DNA from: Oscillospiraceae bacterium
GTDB taxonomy: Bacteria > Bacillota > Clostridia > Oscillospirales > CAG-272
DNA length: 48,463 nucleotides
Assembly: GCA_015065365.1 (NCBI GenBank)
Contig: SVQL01000002.1
Coordinates: 1 to 48,463, forward strand
Direction of reading: 5' to 3'
Made by a program: the position numbers and the translations under genes
In this document: piece after piece, positions 35,880 to 45,902 of the stretch
Position numbering within the stretch: the first letter of the stretch is position 1
Layout of the letters: each line of letters begins with the position of its first letter
The notes under the pieces: model-generated
What the model saw: only the letters and a program-made list of their open reading frames with translations
Told to the model about the DNA's origin: nothing
The model's database searches: none

Positions 35880-36956
35880 TTATTCTACAATGTCGAAAGT
35901 AAACGGCGTTGTTGCGAGAGTATCTATGCCGCAAACGACGAGGGCAGCGTCGTACTCGCCCGAAATTGGGCTTGTGTCATATCTCGGATCGCGCACAGTT
36001 ATGTCAAAATGCCGCGCGAGCATTGGAAGTACGGCGTTTGCGAAGCTGTCCTTTATGAGTAGCAGGCGAGGGCGATCTTGCTCTGCCGTCGATTTTACGG
36101 TCAGCGTGCCGTGATTGCCACCGAGGAAAACGCTGTATTTGTCCTTTTTTGTAAGAAAGGAGCGCTCGTAAAGAGAGGCAAGCATACAGCCGCTATCAAG
36201 GCATTCAATATCAAACTTCGTATCTCCGTTATATCTCGGCAGAAAAATTGAATCAGTCTCTGTGGCAAGCGCGCCACCTTTAGAGTAGGAAGTTCCAACA
36301 AAATTTTTGCTTACGCACTCCGCTTCAAAATCCTCTTTTTTATAGGGAATTTCGCCGAGGGAACTGCAGATAATAGAGTAAAGCTCGTACGCGCCGTCGT
36401 AGTCAAGGTGATGATCGGTTTTGTAATATACCTGTAAGTCATGTTTGTCTGCCGTGCATAGTCTGCGATAAAGCTCCTCACCTACGGGAGAGTACGAGAA
36501 AGCCATATTGCGAATGCGCTCTGCGTCCTCACTTTGAAAATATACGTCAATGCTCCGCGGAACGGTGACGAGAGTAACCTGTTCTGCTTTTATCGCGTTT
36601 AAATTTTTTTCTAAAAGTGCGGTGCTTTTGTATTCGCATTTTTGTACGAGCCTTCCGTTGCTCAAAAACAGCACACCGTTGTTTTCTCTTTTGCCGAGTG
36701 TCAGCTCGCAAATGCCCTTAAGCCGCACAAGCTTCAAACGAAAGGGAATTCGGTCGGAATAAAAGTCACCGAGTTCCTTAAAAAAATCCCCCTCTATTAT
36801 TGAGTCCTCGCCAATGCGTGGAAAATTCGAAAGTGGACGGTTTTCTTCCTCGGAAAAATCATTAGTCAAGTTAAAAAACACGCCTGATCCAAGACAAATC
36901 AAAAGTGCGGCGCACAGTGCGAGCAGAGAAATGTCAACTGAAGTTTCTTTTTTCAT
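35880..36956 (-). CDS. DHHW/AlgX-AlgJ-like (SGNH-type) extracytoplasmic protein
   Basis: 358 aa with an N-terminal TM anchor and a YYKTDHHLDYDGAYELY motif characteristic of the DHHW family. No clear SD. Confidence 0.6.
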   Translation of the reverse strand: MKKETSVDISLLALCAALLICLGSGVFFNLTNDFSEEENRPLSNFPRIGEDSIIEGDFFKELGDFYSDRIPFRLKLVRLKGICELTLGKRENNGVLFLSNGRLVQKCEYKSTALLEKNLNAIKAEQVTLVTVPRSIDVYFQSEDAERIRNMAFSYSPVGEELYRRLCTADKHDLQVYYKTDHHLDYDGAYELYSIICSSLGEIPYKKEDFEAECVSKNFVGTSYSKGGALATETDSIFLPRYNGDTKFDIECLDSGCMLASLYERSFLTKKDKYSVFLGGNHGTLTVKSTAEQDRPRLLLIKDSFANAVLPMLARHFDITVRDPRYDTSPISGEYDAALVVCGIDTLATTPFTFDIVE

Positions 36957-37007
36957 ATAGAATAGGGATCGCCGACTTTTTGCAAAAGTCGGCGATGACG
37001 TGTTTTA

Positions 37008-37760
37008 TTAGTTTCCGTAGGAAGCATCGATGTTAAGTGTTTTGATAGAATCTTCGTCAAAATACTCAAGAGGATCAACCGAGAGGTTGTTGACCGTCAT
37101 TTCAAAGTGCAGGTGAGGCTCTTCTGCAATTTCTATCATCGCACTCTCTCCTACGCACGCTATAAGCTGTCCCGAACGTACGCTTACGCCCTCGGCAATA
37201 CCCTCGGGGAGCGTTTTAGAAAGATTTTTGTAGATGGTGTAGCAGTCGCCACCGTGCTTTATGGCAATACAGTGACCCATACGCACGTCTTCCCAGATAC
37301 GCTCGATCTTTCCGTCTGCGGCAGCATAAACAGAAGCAGACTCCTCTGTTACGATGTCAAGTCCGAGGTGAACGCGGTAGTCGTTCATAGTGTCGGAGAA
37401 AACCTGATTGGAGGTGTCGTGCTTCTTTGAAAGAGAGCCGCTGACGGGGAGAACGAAGGATGGCAGTGAATCGTCAACGGGGGTAGAGGGAGTAGGTTTT
37501 TGCTCAACCGTAGGCTTATTAGTTTCGGGTTTTTTTGTTGTATCCTCGGGTGTTGAGGGCTTATCCGTGCCTTGTGTAACAGGAGCACGTCCGTCGTCAA
37601 CGGGGGGAGTATCCTTGGTGCGGTTATTGGAGATAGCCACCGCGCATACTATTACCACAGCGACAACGAGAACACATGCGGAAACTACCGCTGTGCGGTT
37701 GATTTTGAGGTTTTTAAGTCTTTCGATAAGACTTGGTTGATTGTTGAATTCTTCAGACAT
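37008..37760 (-). CDS. M23 family metallopeptidase, membrane anchored
   Basis: 250 aa with a TM helix, a Pro/Thr-rich linker and the HLGLDI (HxxxD) and HLHFEM (HxH) motifs. Confidence 0.88.
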   Translation of the reverse strand: MSEEFNNQPSLIERLKNLKINRTAVVSACVLVVAVVIVCAVAISNNRTKDTPPVDDGRAPVTQGTDKPSTPEDTTKKPETNKPTVEQKPTPSTPVDDSLPSFVLPVSGSLSKKHDTSNQVFSDTMNDYRVHLGLDIVTEESASVYAAADGKIERIWEDVRMGHCIAIKHGGDCYTIYKNLSKTLPEGIAEGVSVRSGQLIACVGESAMIEIAEEPHLHFEMTVNNLSVDPLEYFDEDSIKTLNIDASYGN

Positions 37761-37961
37761 GATATATCTCCTTTGAAAATGTTTTACGTTTTTTTATCGC
37801 TTGTATTTGCTATTATTGCCGACAAAAAAAGGCTTTATTCAAAAAAACAAAAAGGAGATAAATTTAAATACGGTTTTAAGATTTACAAATAAAACATATT
37901 TTGTTAATACGAAAAAAATCAAGATATTATAAAATAAAGTAAAGAAAAAAGGAGAAATACG

Positions 37962-38735
37962 ATGGGTAAATTTTCGGGTATTCTTATTTGCTCGGATTTC
38001 GACGGAACACTTGCGCATCACGGCGAAATACCTGCGATAAATTTTCAAAAAATAAAATATTTTTGCGATAACGGCGGTAATTTTTCCATAATTACGGGAA
38101 GAAGCGGTGCTTATTTTGATAAATTCAAGGGTGCTCTTTGTATTGATACTTATATGGGGTATACCAACGGTACCGTTATACGCCGTTTCCCAAGCGGAGA
38201 AACCGTCATTTGCGATTACGTTAGAGATGATGTTTTTAAGGGCGTAATATCACTTTGCGACAAATTCGACAAAATAAAAAATATTGATTTATATCCCGAC
38301 GACGAGCCGATATGCTTTGAGGGCAGCGCTGCGCAAATAAAGAAGTCGCTTGAAGGCGCTCAAAATATTAAAATACATAAGTTTCTTATGCGTACGCTTA
38401 CACAGGTTACAGATGAGGACGTTGAGCTTATCAGAGCACACATGGGAGCGGGCTGTGCTGTTTCAAGAAGCTGGGAGTTTGGAATTGAATTTCAAAACGG
38501 AAATTTCCATAAGGGCGTTGCTGCTCGCCGCATAGCAGAGCTTTTGGGTGCGAAAACACTTATAACGGTGGGAGATTACGAAAACGACGTGCCCCTACTT
38601 ATGGCAGGTGACGAAAGCTATGCATCGCAGAATGCTCTTGACTCGGTAAAAGCAGTTGCAGACTATGTGCTGACAAGAACCTCCGGCGAGGGTGCTATTG
38701 CAGAGCTTATAGATATTTTGGATAACAGATTATAA
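37962..38735 (+). CDS. HAD-superfamily (Cof-type) hydrolase
   Basis: 257 aa with CSDFDGTL (motif I) and GDYENDVPLL (motif IV). Confidence 0.85.
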   Translation: MGKFSGILICSDFDGTLAHHGEIPAINFQKIKYFCDNGGNFSIITGRSGAYFDKFKGALCIDTYMGYTNGTVIRRFPSGETVICDYVRDDVFKGVISLCDKFDKIKNIDLYPDDEPICFEGSAAQIKKSLEGAQNIKIHKFLMRTLTQVTDEDVELIRAHMGAGCAVSRSWEFGIEFQNGNFHKGVAARRIAELLGAKTLITVGDYENDVPLLMAGDESYASQNALDSVKAVADYVLTRTSGEGAIAELIDILDNRL

Positions 38736-38736
38736 T

Positions 38737-38776
38737 AAAAACAACCTTTACCGAAATTCGGTAAAGGTTGTTTTTG
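38737..38776. terminator. bidirectional intrinsic terminator
   Basis: AAAAACAACCTTTACCG-AAAT-TCGGTAAAGGTTGTTTTT. Confidence 0.75.
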
Positions 38777-38798
38777 TATTTATAAAAGATGTATGCGA

Positions 38799-39980
38799 TT
38801 ATATTTCGGGAATAACTATCTCAACCTCGCGGCCTGCCTCGGCGGACTTAGCGATACCGTCGATTATAGCCTGATTGTAGAGGATCTGGCTTGAGGGAAC
38901 GGGAGCGGGAGTGCCGTTCTTACAAGCGTCAACGAAGGTACGGATCTTGAGATCAAAGAGACCTTCCTTCATCTTGATTACGGGAATTTCGGTCTCGGTC
39001 TGGAGACCTGCAACCTCGTGATAGAGCTTCATAGGACCGCCAACGGTGCCGTTCCAGCACTCGGTGGAAGGAATACGAAGGCTTCCCTTAGTACCCATGA
39101 TGATAGTATCACCGGGGGTGTCGAGGTTCATAGCCCAAGCTATACGGAAGTCGAGAATTATACCGCCCTCAAGACGGATAAATGCTGCTGCGAAATCGTC
39201 AACGCCAAACTTTGCGGAGTACTCCTCTCCCTTTCCTGCCTTGTAGCCGGAGTAGTTGGGATCAGTACCGAAGAATGCAGACTTGTAGCCCGAAACGGTA
39301 AGAGGCTTCGGATAGCCGAGAGCGTTAAGTACCATATCAAGGGAATAGCATCCGATATCACCGAGAGCTCCGATACCTGCGGTATCCTTTTCGATAAACG
39401 TTGTTCCGTGGGGCGTGGGAATACCGCGGCGGCGTCCGCCACCGGTCTGAATGTAGTAAATGTCGCCGAGAGCACCGGACTCAACGATCTTCTTGATCTG
39501 CTTCATGTTAGCGTCCATTCTGGGCTGGAAGCCGATAGAAAGGATCTTGCCGCTTGCCTTTTCAGCCTTCATAACCTCAACAGCCTCGTCGAGAGTTACC
39601 GTAAAGGGTTTTTCGAGCAGAACGTGAAGTCCGTTCTGGAGCGCGTAAATAGCGGGCTCTGCGTGCTGACAGTTATAGGTGCAGATGGAAACTGCATCAA
39701 GCTTCAAGGACTTGTCGTCGATAAGCTCCTTGTGAGAAGCGTAATCGGTCTTTGCTCCCTCGATTCCGTGCTTTTCCATAAATGCCGCTGCCTTACCGGG
39801 AACAAGGTCTGCTCCTGCAACTATTTCAACGTCAGGCTGATTGAGAAACGCCTTTGCGTGAGAATCCGCAATCCAACCGCAGCCGATGATAGCTACGCGA
39901 ATCTTCTTTGATGTGTCAATAGCGGCTGCACCGCTCTGGTCTGTAAAAGTATTAAGACCGTCCATAGATTTGTCTGCCAT
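38799..39980 (-). CDS. Gfo/Idh/MocA family oxidoreductase
   Basis: 393 aa with an N-terminal Rossmann motif IRVAIIGCGWIADSHAKAF. SD AGGAGG is present. The antisense ORF 39018-39911 is rejected. Confidence 0.85.
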   Translation of the reverse strand: MADKSMDGLNTFTDQSGAAAIDTSKKIRVAIIGCGWIADSHAKAFLNQPDVEIVAGADLVPGKAAAFMEKHGIEGAKTDYASHKELIDDKSLKLDAVSICTYNCQHAEPAIYALQNGLHVLLEKPFTVTLDEAVEVMKAEKASGKILSIGFQPRMDANMKQIKKIVESGALGDIYYIQTGGGRRRGIPTPHGTTFIEKDTAGIGALGDIGCYSLDMVLNALGYPKPLTVSGYKSAFFGTDPNYSGYKAGKGEEYSAKFGVDDFAAAFIRLEGGIILDFRIAWAMNLDTPGDTIIMGTKGSLRIPSTECWNGTVGGPMKLYHEVAGLQTETEIPVIKMKEGLFDLKIRTFVDACKNGTPAPVPSSQILYNQAIIDGIAKSAEAGREVEIVIPEI

Positions 39981-40009
39981 TTTTGTATCCTCCTAATTTT
40001 TATTTTTTA

Positions 40010-40822
40010 TCAATAGCCGAGAGTTTTGAGATATTCGCGGCTCTTCTTTATGGATTCGATGGGGTTAAGTCCCATGGTGGGCTGATCCTGTTCTACTACA
40101 ACCCATGTAGCGCCCGATTCCTCGGATGCCTTAAGAATTTCGGGGAAGTTCTGAACGCCGCTTCCAACGGGTCTGAATTCAAAGTTGCCGGGACGGGTGG
40201 GAGCCTTCTTTTCAATTCCGATAAGCTCGTACATATCGTCGGACTTTTCGCCGTAGAAATCCTTGAGGTGAACGATGGGACATCTGCCTGCGTACTTTCT
40301 TATGTAATCAGCGGGAATCTCGCCACCGACGTTTACCCAACAGGTGTCAAGCTCGGTCTGGAGAAGGTCTGCGCTGACTTCCTCGTAAAGAACGTCGAGA
40401 GCGTACTTGCCGTCGAGCTTAATGAACTCAAAATCGTGGTTGTGATAAAGAAGAGTGAGACCGAGCTCATTTGCCTTAGCGCCTATCTTCTTTATGTTTT
40501 CAATAACCTCAGCGAAAGCGTCAGTTCCGGGACGGTGCTCCTCTTTAAGATAAGGAACGACTACGAACTTACAGCCGATGGTCTTGTAGTCCTCGAGTAT
40601 GTTCATGTTTTCAACCATATCAACGTAAGGAACGTGAGCGGAAAGGGGAACGAGACCTATCTCCTCGCACATTTTCTTTACGTCCTCGGGATTTGTACCG
40701 TGAAGACCTGCGAATTCTACTCCGTCGTATCCGAGAGCCTTTATAGCTTCAAGGGTTCCGCGAAAATCAACAGCCATTTCTTTACGTACAGTGTAAGCCT
40801 GTACTGCTACCGGTAATGCCAT
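40010..40822 (-). CDS. sugar phosphate isomerase/epimerase (xylose isomerase-like TIM barrel)
   Basis: 270 aa. YDGVEFAG...LLYHNHDFEF...VVEQD is the typical AP-endonuclease-2/TIM pattern. SD GGAGG is present. Confidence 0.8.
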   Translation of the reverse strand: MALPVAVQAYTVRKEMAVDFRGTLEAIKALGYDGVEFAGLHGTNPEDVKKMCEEIGLVPLSAHVPYVDMVENMNILEDYKTIGCKFVVVPYLKEEHRPGTDAFAEVIENIKKIGAKANELGLTLLYHNHDFEFIKLDGKYALDVLYEEVSADLLQTELDTCWVNVGGEIPADYIRKYAGRCPIVHLKDFYGEKSDDMYELIGIEKKAPTRPGNFEFRPVGSGVQNFPEILKASEESGATWVVVEQDQPTMGLNPIESIKKSREYLKTLGY

Positions 40823-40945
40823 TTTAAAAATCCTCCAAAATTATATTTAACGCCGCGCGTTTTCTATCACTTTAATTATAGGCTAAAACTTGCGTTATTT
40901 CAAGTCAAAACAGCACAATGTCAAGACAAATATTGCTATATTGTA

Positions 40946-41566
40946 TCAACCTATGCAATCTATTTCATTTAATATATCTGCAAATACGGCTTCAACTGTT
41001 CTGTATCCGTCTATAATGCGTATATTATCCATGGGAGTTAAATCGGAAATAACAGACAAAAATTGCTCGCGCACTTTGGTAAGAGTGTCTAAATTTTCGT
41101 ATATTTCCACAGAATCTCTGCCTCGGGAAATTCTTTCAAGGCTTTGATTTGGCAGCAGGTCGATATAAATACAGAGATCAGGCTTGCGTATTTCGGGGCA
41201 GTCGAGATTCATTGATTTTACCCATGCGTAATCAGTTGACTGACCTTGATAAGCAAGAGTGGAGTAATAATATCTGTCGCAGATGACGTCAATTCCCGCA
41301 TCCAAAAGCGCGGCAATACCTTCCGTTGGATGTACGTTGTGCGCTATTCTGTCGTCAACGAACATTACAGCCATCTGACATTCGGTGCGATTTATCTTTC
41401 CGCTAAGAGCCTCTCGCAAAGCCCGTCCGGTGGGGAGCGTCGTCGGCTCTGCGGTAAGAAACGTTTTACGTCCGTTCTTTTCAAGATGTTCCGCCAAAAG
41501 CCGCGCCTGTGTGGTCTTTCCCGAGCCGTCTATGCCCTCAAAAACTATAAATCTACCCTTATTCAT
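40946..41566 (-). CDS. tmk: dTMP kinase
   Basis: 206 aa with the P-loop FIVFEGIDGSGKTTQ and DRYYYST. It overlaps the birA stop by 8 nt. Confidence 0.93.
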   Translation of the reverse strand: MNKGRFIVFEGIDGSGKTTQARLLAEHLEKNGRKTFLTAEPTTLPTGRALREALSGKINRTECQMAVMFVDDRIAHNVHPTEGIAALLDAGIDVICDRYYYSTLAYQGQSTDYAWVKSMNLDCPEIRKPDLCIYIDLLPNQSLERISRGRDSVEIYENLDTLTKVREQFLSVISDLTPMDNIRIIDGYRTVEAVFADILNEIDCIG

Positions 41567-42359
41567 CGGTCTTTCCTCCGTTTTTCGCGCTTTGAATTCG
41601 CACGCTTATTTCTCCGCTCGCGAGAACCTCGCGGCTTTGGTCGTCAAGAATGACTGTAAGATGTCCTTCATCGTTTATTTCGCTTGCAAAACCGCTTTTG
41701 GTCACGCCGTTTTTTATAAACGAAATTTGTTTGCCAAGCACTGCCGAGCGCTGCCTGTATTCTTCCATAAAGCCTCGGTCGCCTGATTTAATCAGTTCGT
41801 AAATATCAAATACGTTTGCAGCTATGCGGCAGGTAATGCATGCGCGAAGCACCTGTGTGCAGGACGTGCAAAGTGAGGTCGCTATACCGTCAAGCTCCGC
41901 AGGAAAGTCTTTCGTGCATAGATTTACTCCGACGCCTATTGCGAGCAGACGTCTGTTGCCGACAAAAAAGCATTCTGCAAGAATTCCGCATGCCTTTCGC
42001 CCTTTTACATATACGTCGTTTACCCACTTGATTTGACATTCAATGTTAGTAATCTCCCAAATTGCATCGGAAACGGCTACCGCAACGGCAGACGTGACTA
42101 AAGAAAGGGAAGTATCAGAGTCGTCCGAAACATCAAGCAGCAGAGTTTCATAAATCCCCGTGTCGGCAGGAGAATAAAAGCTTCTGCCAAGCCTTCCACG
42201 CCCTGCACTTTGCGAATTTGCAACGAACAGTACGGGTGCGCTACCGCCGTCTGTCGCATATCTTCGAGCGGCAGAGCTTGTGGAGTCTACTGTGTCAAAA
42301 TATATAGGTTTAATTCCTCTGTCTTTAAGCTCCGAGGAGCTCTTTATCATATCTTTCAT
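41559..42359 (-). CDS. birA: biotin--[acetyl-CoA-carboxylase] ligase (no N-terminal HTH)
   Basis: 266 aa with GRGRLGRSF and KWVNDVYV motifs. Confidence 0.88.
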   Translation of the reverse strand: MKDMIKSSSELKDRGIKPIYFDTVDSTSSAARRYATDGGSAPVLFVANSQSAGRGRLGRSFYSPADTGIYETLLLDVSDDSDTSLSLVTSAVAVAVSDAIWEITNIECQIKWVNDVYVKGRKACGILAECFFVGNRRLLAIGVGVNLCTKDFPAELDGIATSLCTSCTQVLRACITCRIAANVFDIYELIKSGDRGFMEEYRQRSAVLGKQISFIKNGVTKSGFASEINDEGHLTVILDDQSREVLASGEISVRIQSAKNGGKTDE

Positions 42360-42377
42360 TTAAATACCGCAAAAATC

Positions 42378-42989
42378 TTAATTTTGAGATTCGCTTCTGC
42401 CGACAAGCGTAAGATACTCGTCGTAGGAGAAAAGTATTTTGATGGCGGCAAGAAGCGCGTCAGCCGTCATACCTGCGGGGAGACCGATTGCTTCTGCAAG
42501 TGAGTCGCGCTTGTCAGAACTATTTTGCGCACCCGTAAGACCGTCGATGTAAAAATCAGTTTTTGAGAGCGGATTTTCTTTAAGACGTGCAGAAACCTCT
42601 TCGTTTTCAAAGGGGAGTAAGAGCCTATATAAAAGCTCGGTTTCCATGCCTTCAACTCCAAGTGTGCCCTCGGCGCTTGGTGCGCTTTTTCGCTTTTCCG
42701 TGCCTTTAATTTGTGGGATATAAAGCTGTATAAGTCTGTCTTTGGGAATTGCGGAGCAAATATGAGAGCGAATAAGCTTTCCTGCGCCGTCGCTGTCGGT
42801 AAGAACTATAACGGGGGATTTCTCGCCAAGCGTTCTGAAAAGAGCGAGCTTTTCGTTTTTCTTGAATATTCCGAAGCCGTCGGTGGTAAGCACGGTCGCG
42901 TTACATACGCAAAGCACGCGCAGGCGGTCGTATTTACCCTCTACGATTATCGGGTAGGGAATATTCAGTTTTCTGTTTGCATTATCCAT
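42378..42989 (-). CDS. rnmV: ribonuclease M5 (Toprim domain)
   Basis: 203 aa with IIVEGKYDRLRV and VLTDSDGAGKLIR Toprim motifs. Confidence 0.8.
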   Translation of the reverse strand: MDNANRKLNIPYPIIVEGKYDRLRVLCVCNATVLTTDGFGIFKKNEKLALFRTLGEKSPVIVLTDSDGAGKLIRSHICSAIPKDRLIQLYIPQIKGTEKRKSAPSAEGTLGVEGMETELLYRLLLPFENEEVSARLKENPLSKTDFYIDGLTGAQNSSDKRDSLAEAIGLPAGMTADALLAAIKILFSYDEYLTLVGRSESQN

Positions 42990-42992
42990 GTC

Positions 42993-43880
42993 TTATCTTA
43001 AAACGAAATACAGTATAACCAGTGCGCCAAGCGCAATTCGGTATATACCGAAGGGCGCGAAGCTGTGCTTCTTTACGAATTCCATAAGGAACTTTATCGC
43101 AACCATAGACACGCCGAAAGCGACGGCGCAAGCAATGCCGAGAATTATCCATGCCGAGGCGGGAACGCTGACATCGCTTTCCATAACGTAGTCGATAAAG
43201 CCGTAGCCCTTGATAAGGCTTGCGCCTGCCATGGCAGGTATTCCCATAAAAAACGAAAACTCAGCTGCCGCACCGCGACCTATACCGATAAGGCGCGAGC
43301 CAAGAATTGTAGAGCCCGAACGCGACGTACCGGGAACTATGGAGATAGCCTGAAAGCAGCCGATAAGCGCTGCATGAGTAAATGAAATGTCCTCAACGTC
43401 GTTTACACGCGCATCCTTGCCCTTATGGATGTGTTCGATTATTATAAAGAGAATTCCGTAAACTATGAGCGCGGCGGATACCACCTGCCAGTTATATATC
43501 CAGCCGTCGATGTCCTTGCCGGTTGCGATTTCGATTATCTTGTCGAGCACTACTCCGATTATAGCGGCAGGAATGCTCGCAATCACGACCTTGCCCCAGA
43601 GTATCCACGTTGATTTCTTTTGTGTTTTGTCCTTTTTTGGGGAAAAGGGATTGAGCTTTCCGAAGAACATGACCACGACTGCAAGTATCGCACCAAGCTG
43701 TATTACGACCTCAAACATGCTGAAATATTCTTCGGCAAAAGTCGTGCCAAGTGAGGGCGCGACGTTTAGCGGCAAGAATTCCTCAAGCAATATAAGGTGT
43801 CCCGTAGAGCTTACGGGAAGCCATTCTGTGATACCCTCGAGTATGCCGTAAAGTATGGATTTAAGTATTTCTATTACCAT
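42993..43880 (-). CDS. uppP: undecaprenyl-diphosphate phosphatase
   Basis: 295 aa. GILEGITEWLPVSSTGHL and PGTSRSGSTI are BacA/UppP signatures. Confidence 0.93.
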   Translation of the reverse strand: MVIEILKSILYGILEGITEWLPVSSTGHLILLEEFLPLNVAPSLGTTFAEEYFSMFEVVIQLGAILAVVVMFFGKLNPFSPKKDKTQKKSTWILWGKVVIASIPAAIIGVVLDKIIEIATGKDIDGWIYNWQVVSAALIVYGILFIIIEHIHKGKDARVNDVEDISFTHAALIGCFQAISIVPGTSRSGSTILGSRLIGIGRGAAAEFSFFMGIPAMAGASLIKGYGFIDYVMESDVSVPASAWIILGIACAVAFGVSMVAIKFLMEFVKKHSFAPFGIYRIALGALVILYFVLR

Positions 43881-43898
43881 GACAGCTCCTTTGTGCTT

Positions 43899-45158
43899 TT
43901 ATCGTGCGTCGCCCGAGCGCATTATGTCGCCGGGGGTGACGGTGAAGGGAACGCGAACGAAAAATTTCATTGACGGGTGGGGCGCAGACGGGATAGGCTC
44001 ACCGCTCTCGGAATAAAGCTCGGTCACCGTAAAGGGCTCTCCGAATTTGTTTGGAGAAATAAGCTCCGCGACCTCTCCTACGCTTACCTTGTTTCTTTGA
44101 ATGAAAGGATACAGTCTGCCGTTCTCGTTTTCGAGAGTAAGAGCGTCGGGCAAGGGAAGCTCGCTGTCCTCAAGCGCGGTTGCGAAATAAGCCTTTTCGC
44201 GTATATATCCCGTGGTACTTGAAAGCTGGGGCGCGTCTGCGGGAAGGTCAAGATAGTACCCAGTGCAGTATTCTCTGTGAGAAACGCTTTCAAGCTCACG
44301 CATAAGACGCATGTCAAAGGTGTATAATTCGGGCGCGCTTGAATATTTATCCATCGCCATTCGGTATGCGTTTGTTACCACGGCTGTGTAGTACGCGCTC
44401 TTCATTCTGCCCTCGATTTTAAATGAGTCAATACCGGAACGCATGAGCTCGGGTATTATTGATATTGTGCACATATCCTTTGAGGACATGATGAACGTGC
44501 CAAGCTCGCTTTCTTCAATTGGAAGCGGAACGTCGGGGCGCTTTTCTTCAACTATGGTATAGCTCCAGCGGCAGGGCTGTGTACACGCGCCACGGTTGGC
44601 ATCCCTGCCCGTGAGGTGGTGAGAGAGCATGCAGCGACCGCTGTAAGACACGCACATAGAGCCGTGAATAAAGGCTTCAAGCTCAATATTTGAGGGAAGC
44701 TTTTCGCGAATTTGGGATATTTCATCAAGTGTCAGCTCACGCGCAAGTACAAGGCGCGAAGCGCCTAACGACACGTAGGCGAGAGCAGACTCCGCGCTTA
44801 CGATGCCGGCTTGAGTGGAAATATGAATTTCAACGTCTCCGAGAACGCGACGGATAAGAGATATTACGCCGAGGTCCGCAACGATAAAGGCATCGATGCC
44901 CGCACTTTTTATTTTTTCGAGAAAGGACTCAAGCGCCGCGTATTCGTCACCGTGAGGCATGGTGTTGAGTGTAAGATATAGCTTTTTGCCGCGCGCGTGA
45001 ACGTACGACGCTGCCTCGTAGAGCTCCTCAATGGAAAAATTGTCTGCTGCCGAGCGCATACCGAAGCGCTTGCCCGCAAGATAAACCGCATCCGCACCGT
45101 AAAGAATTGCTGCCTTCAGCTTTTCAAAATTTCCCGCAGGAGATAGTAATTCTGCCAT
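43899..45158 (-). CDS. peptidase U32 family protein
   Basis: 419 aa with ELLSPAGNFEKLKAAILYGADAVYL and the Cys cluster SGRCMLS...GACTQPCRW typical of U32. Confidence 0.88.
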   Translation of the reverse strand: MAELLSPAGNFEKLKAAILYGADAVYLAGKRFGMRSAADNFSIEELYEAASYVHARGKKLYLTLNTMPHGDEYAALESFLEKIKSAGIDAFIVADLGVISLIRRVLGDVEIHISTQAGIVSAESALAYVSLGASRLVLARELTLDEISQIREKLPSNIELEAFIHGSMCVSYSGRCMLSHHLTGRDANRGACTQPCRWSYTIVEEKRPDVPLPIEESELGTFIMSSKDMCTISIIPELMRSGIDSFKIEGRMKSAYYTAVVTNAYRMAMDKYSSAPELYTFDMRLMRELESVSHREYCTGYYLDLPADAPQLSSTTGYIREKAYFATALEDSELPLPDALTLENENGRLYPFIQRNKVSVGEVAELISPNKFGEPFTVTELYSESGEPIPSAPHPSMKFFVRVPFTVTPGDIMRSGDAR

Positions 45159-45196
45159 TTATAAATCCTTCTTAAACATAATATAATTACTATATA

Positions 45197-45225
45197 ATTT
45201 TAACATATATACCGATTAAAGTCAA
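45197..45225 (-). promoter_or_regulatory. promoter of the U32-uppP-rnmV-birA-tmk operon
   Basis: Minus strand TTGACT (45220-45225), 17 nt spacer, TAAAAT (45197-45202). Confidence 0.55.
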
Positions 45226-45251
45226 TAAAAAAATAATGTTTTTAAGACTAC

Positions 45252-45280
45252 TTGACAAATGACAACAATTGTGATATAAT
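45252..45280 (+). promoter_or_regulatory. consensus sigma-A promoter driving the tRNA-like array
   Basis: TTGACA (45252-45257), 17 nt spacer, TATAAT (45275-45280) with TGTG extension. No ORF follows it. Confidence 0.75.
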
Positions 45281-45290
45281 AATCGGGCTG

Positions 45291-45520
45291 AAAAGTTAAT
45301 AGCTTTACGGCATGCTGCTTCCCCATGGCGTACATATCGAAGTGGGGACGTTGCCGAGCGCTGCCTGTGGCAGATAAAGCGAGGCATAAGGAGTGGCAGC
45401 GGTCGAAATTTGCGAGCGAGAGCGAGCAAAAATTTCGGGTACCGCAACAGGACATAACGAGGCGGTCTTGAAAATTTGCAGTCGCGAGTTTCTGCAAATG
45501 CTCAAAATCCCTTGACACGC
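45291..45520 (+). ncRNA. tRNA-Ser-derived unit 1 with 106-nt insertion in the D-loop (candidate ncRNA or decayed tRNA paralogue)
   Basis: TATCGAAGTGG (45335-45345) is followed by the insertion (45346-45451) and then ACATAACGAGGCGGTCTTGAAAA (45452-45474). Next come a variable-arm-like hairpin TTTGCAG/CTGCAAA and a decayed T-arm GCTCAAAATCCCTT. The anticodon stem no longer pairs. Confidence 0.6.
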
Positions 45521-45594
45521 TTGATGTTTTCGCCCTTCGGACGAAGCAGAAAATTATTCCTTCTAAAACTTTTTCTAAAAAATTCGCAAATCTA

Positions 45595-45754
45595 AAAACT
45601 TAATAGTCTTACACGGAGGGTTATCGAAGTGGGGACGTTGCCGAGCGCTGCCAGTGGCAGAAGAAGCGAGGCATAAGGAGTGGCAGCGGTCGAAATTTTG
45701 TGAGCGAGAGCGAGCAAAAAATTTCGGGCACCGCAACAGGACATAACGAGGCGG
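45595..45754 (+). ncRNA. tRNA-Ser-derived unit 2 with 108-nt insertion in the D-loop
   Basis: GGAGGGTTATCGAAGTGG (45615-45632; the tRNA has GGAGAGGTATCGAAGTGG) is followed by an insertion (45633-45740) ~94% identical to that of unit 1, then ACATAACGAGGCGG (45741-45754). Homology to the tRNA then stops. Confidence 0.6.
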
Positions 45755-45809
45755 AGCCGAGAAAATTTAATATTGAATGTTGAGCTTTTTTGAGCTTGAA
45801 CATATATAC

Positions 45810-45898
45810 GGAGAGGTATCGAAGTGGTCATAACGAGGCGGTCTTGAAAACCGTTTGGGGGCAACCCCACAAGGGTTCGAATCCCTTCCTCTCCGCCA
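45810..45898 (+). tRNA. tRNA-Ser (anticodon UGA), CCA encoded
   Basis: Hand-folded cloverleaf of 89 nt. Acceptor stem is GGAGAGG/CCTCTCC, D stem TCG/CGA, anticodon stem GCGGT/ACCGT with loop CTTGAAA. It has a long variable arm TTGGGGGCAACCCCAC, T arm AAGGG-TTCGAAT-CCCTT, discriminator G and CCA. Confidence 0.92.
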
Positions 45899-45902
45899 AC
45901 CA

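Noticed and set aside
45346-45451. The insertion begins GGGGACGTT, like the 5' end of Bacillus-type tmRNA
   Set aside because: No tag-peptide reading frame, pseudoknot region or tRNA-Ala-like 3' end follows. The length is only ~107 nt and the sequence is duplicated, so the match is coincidental.
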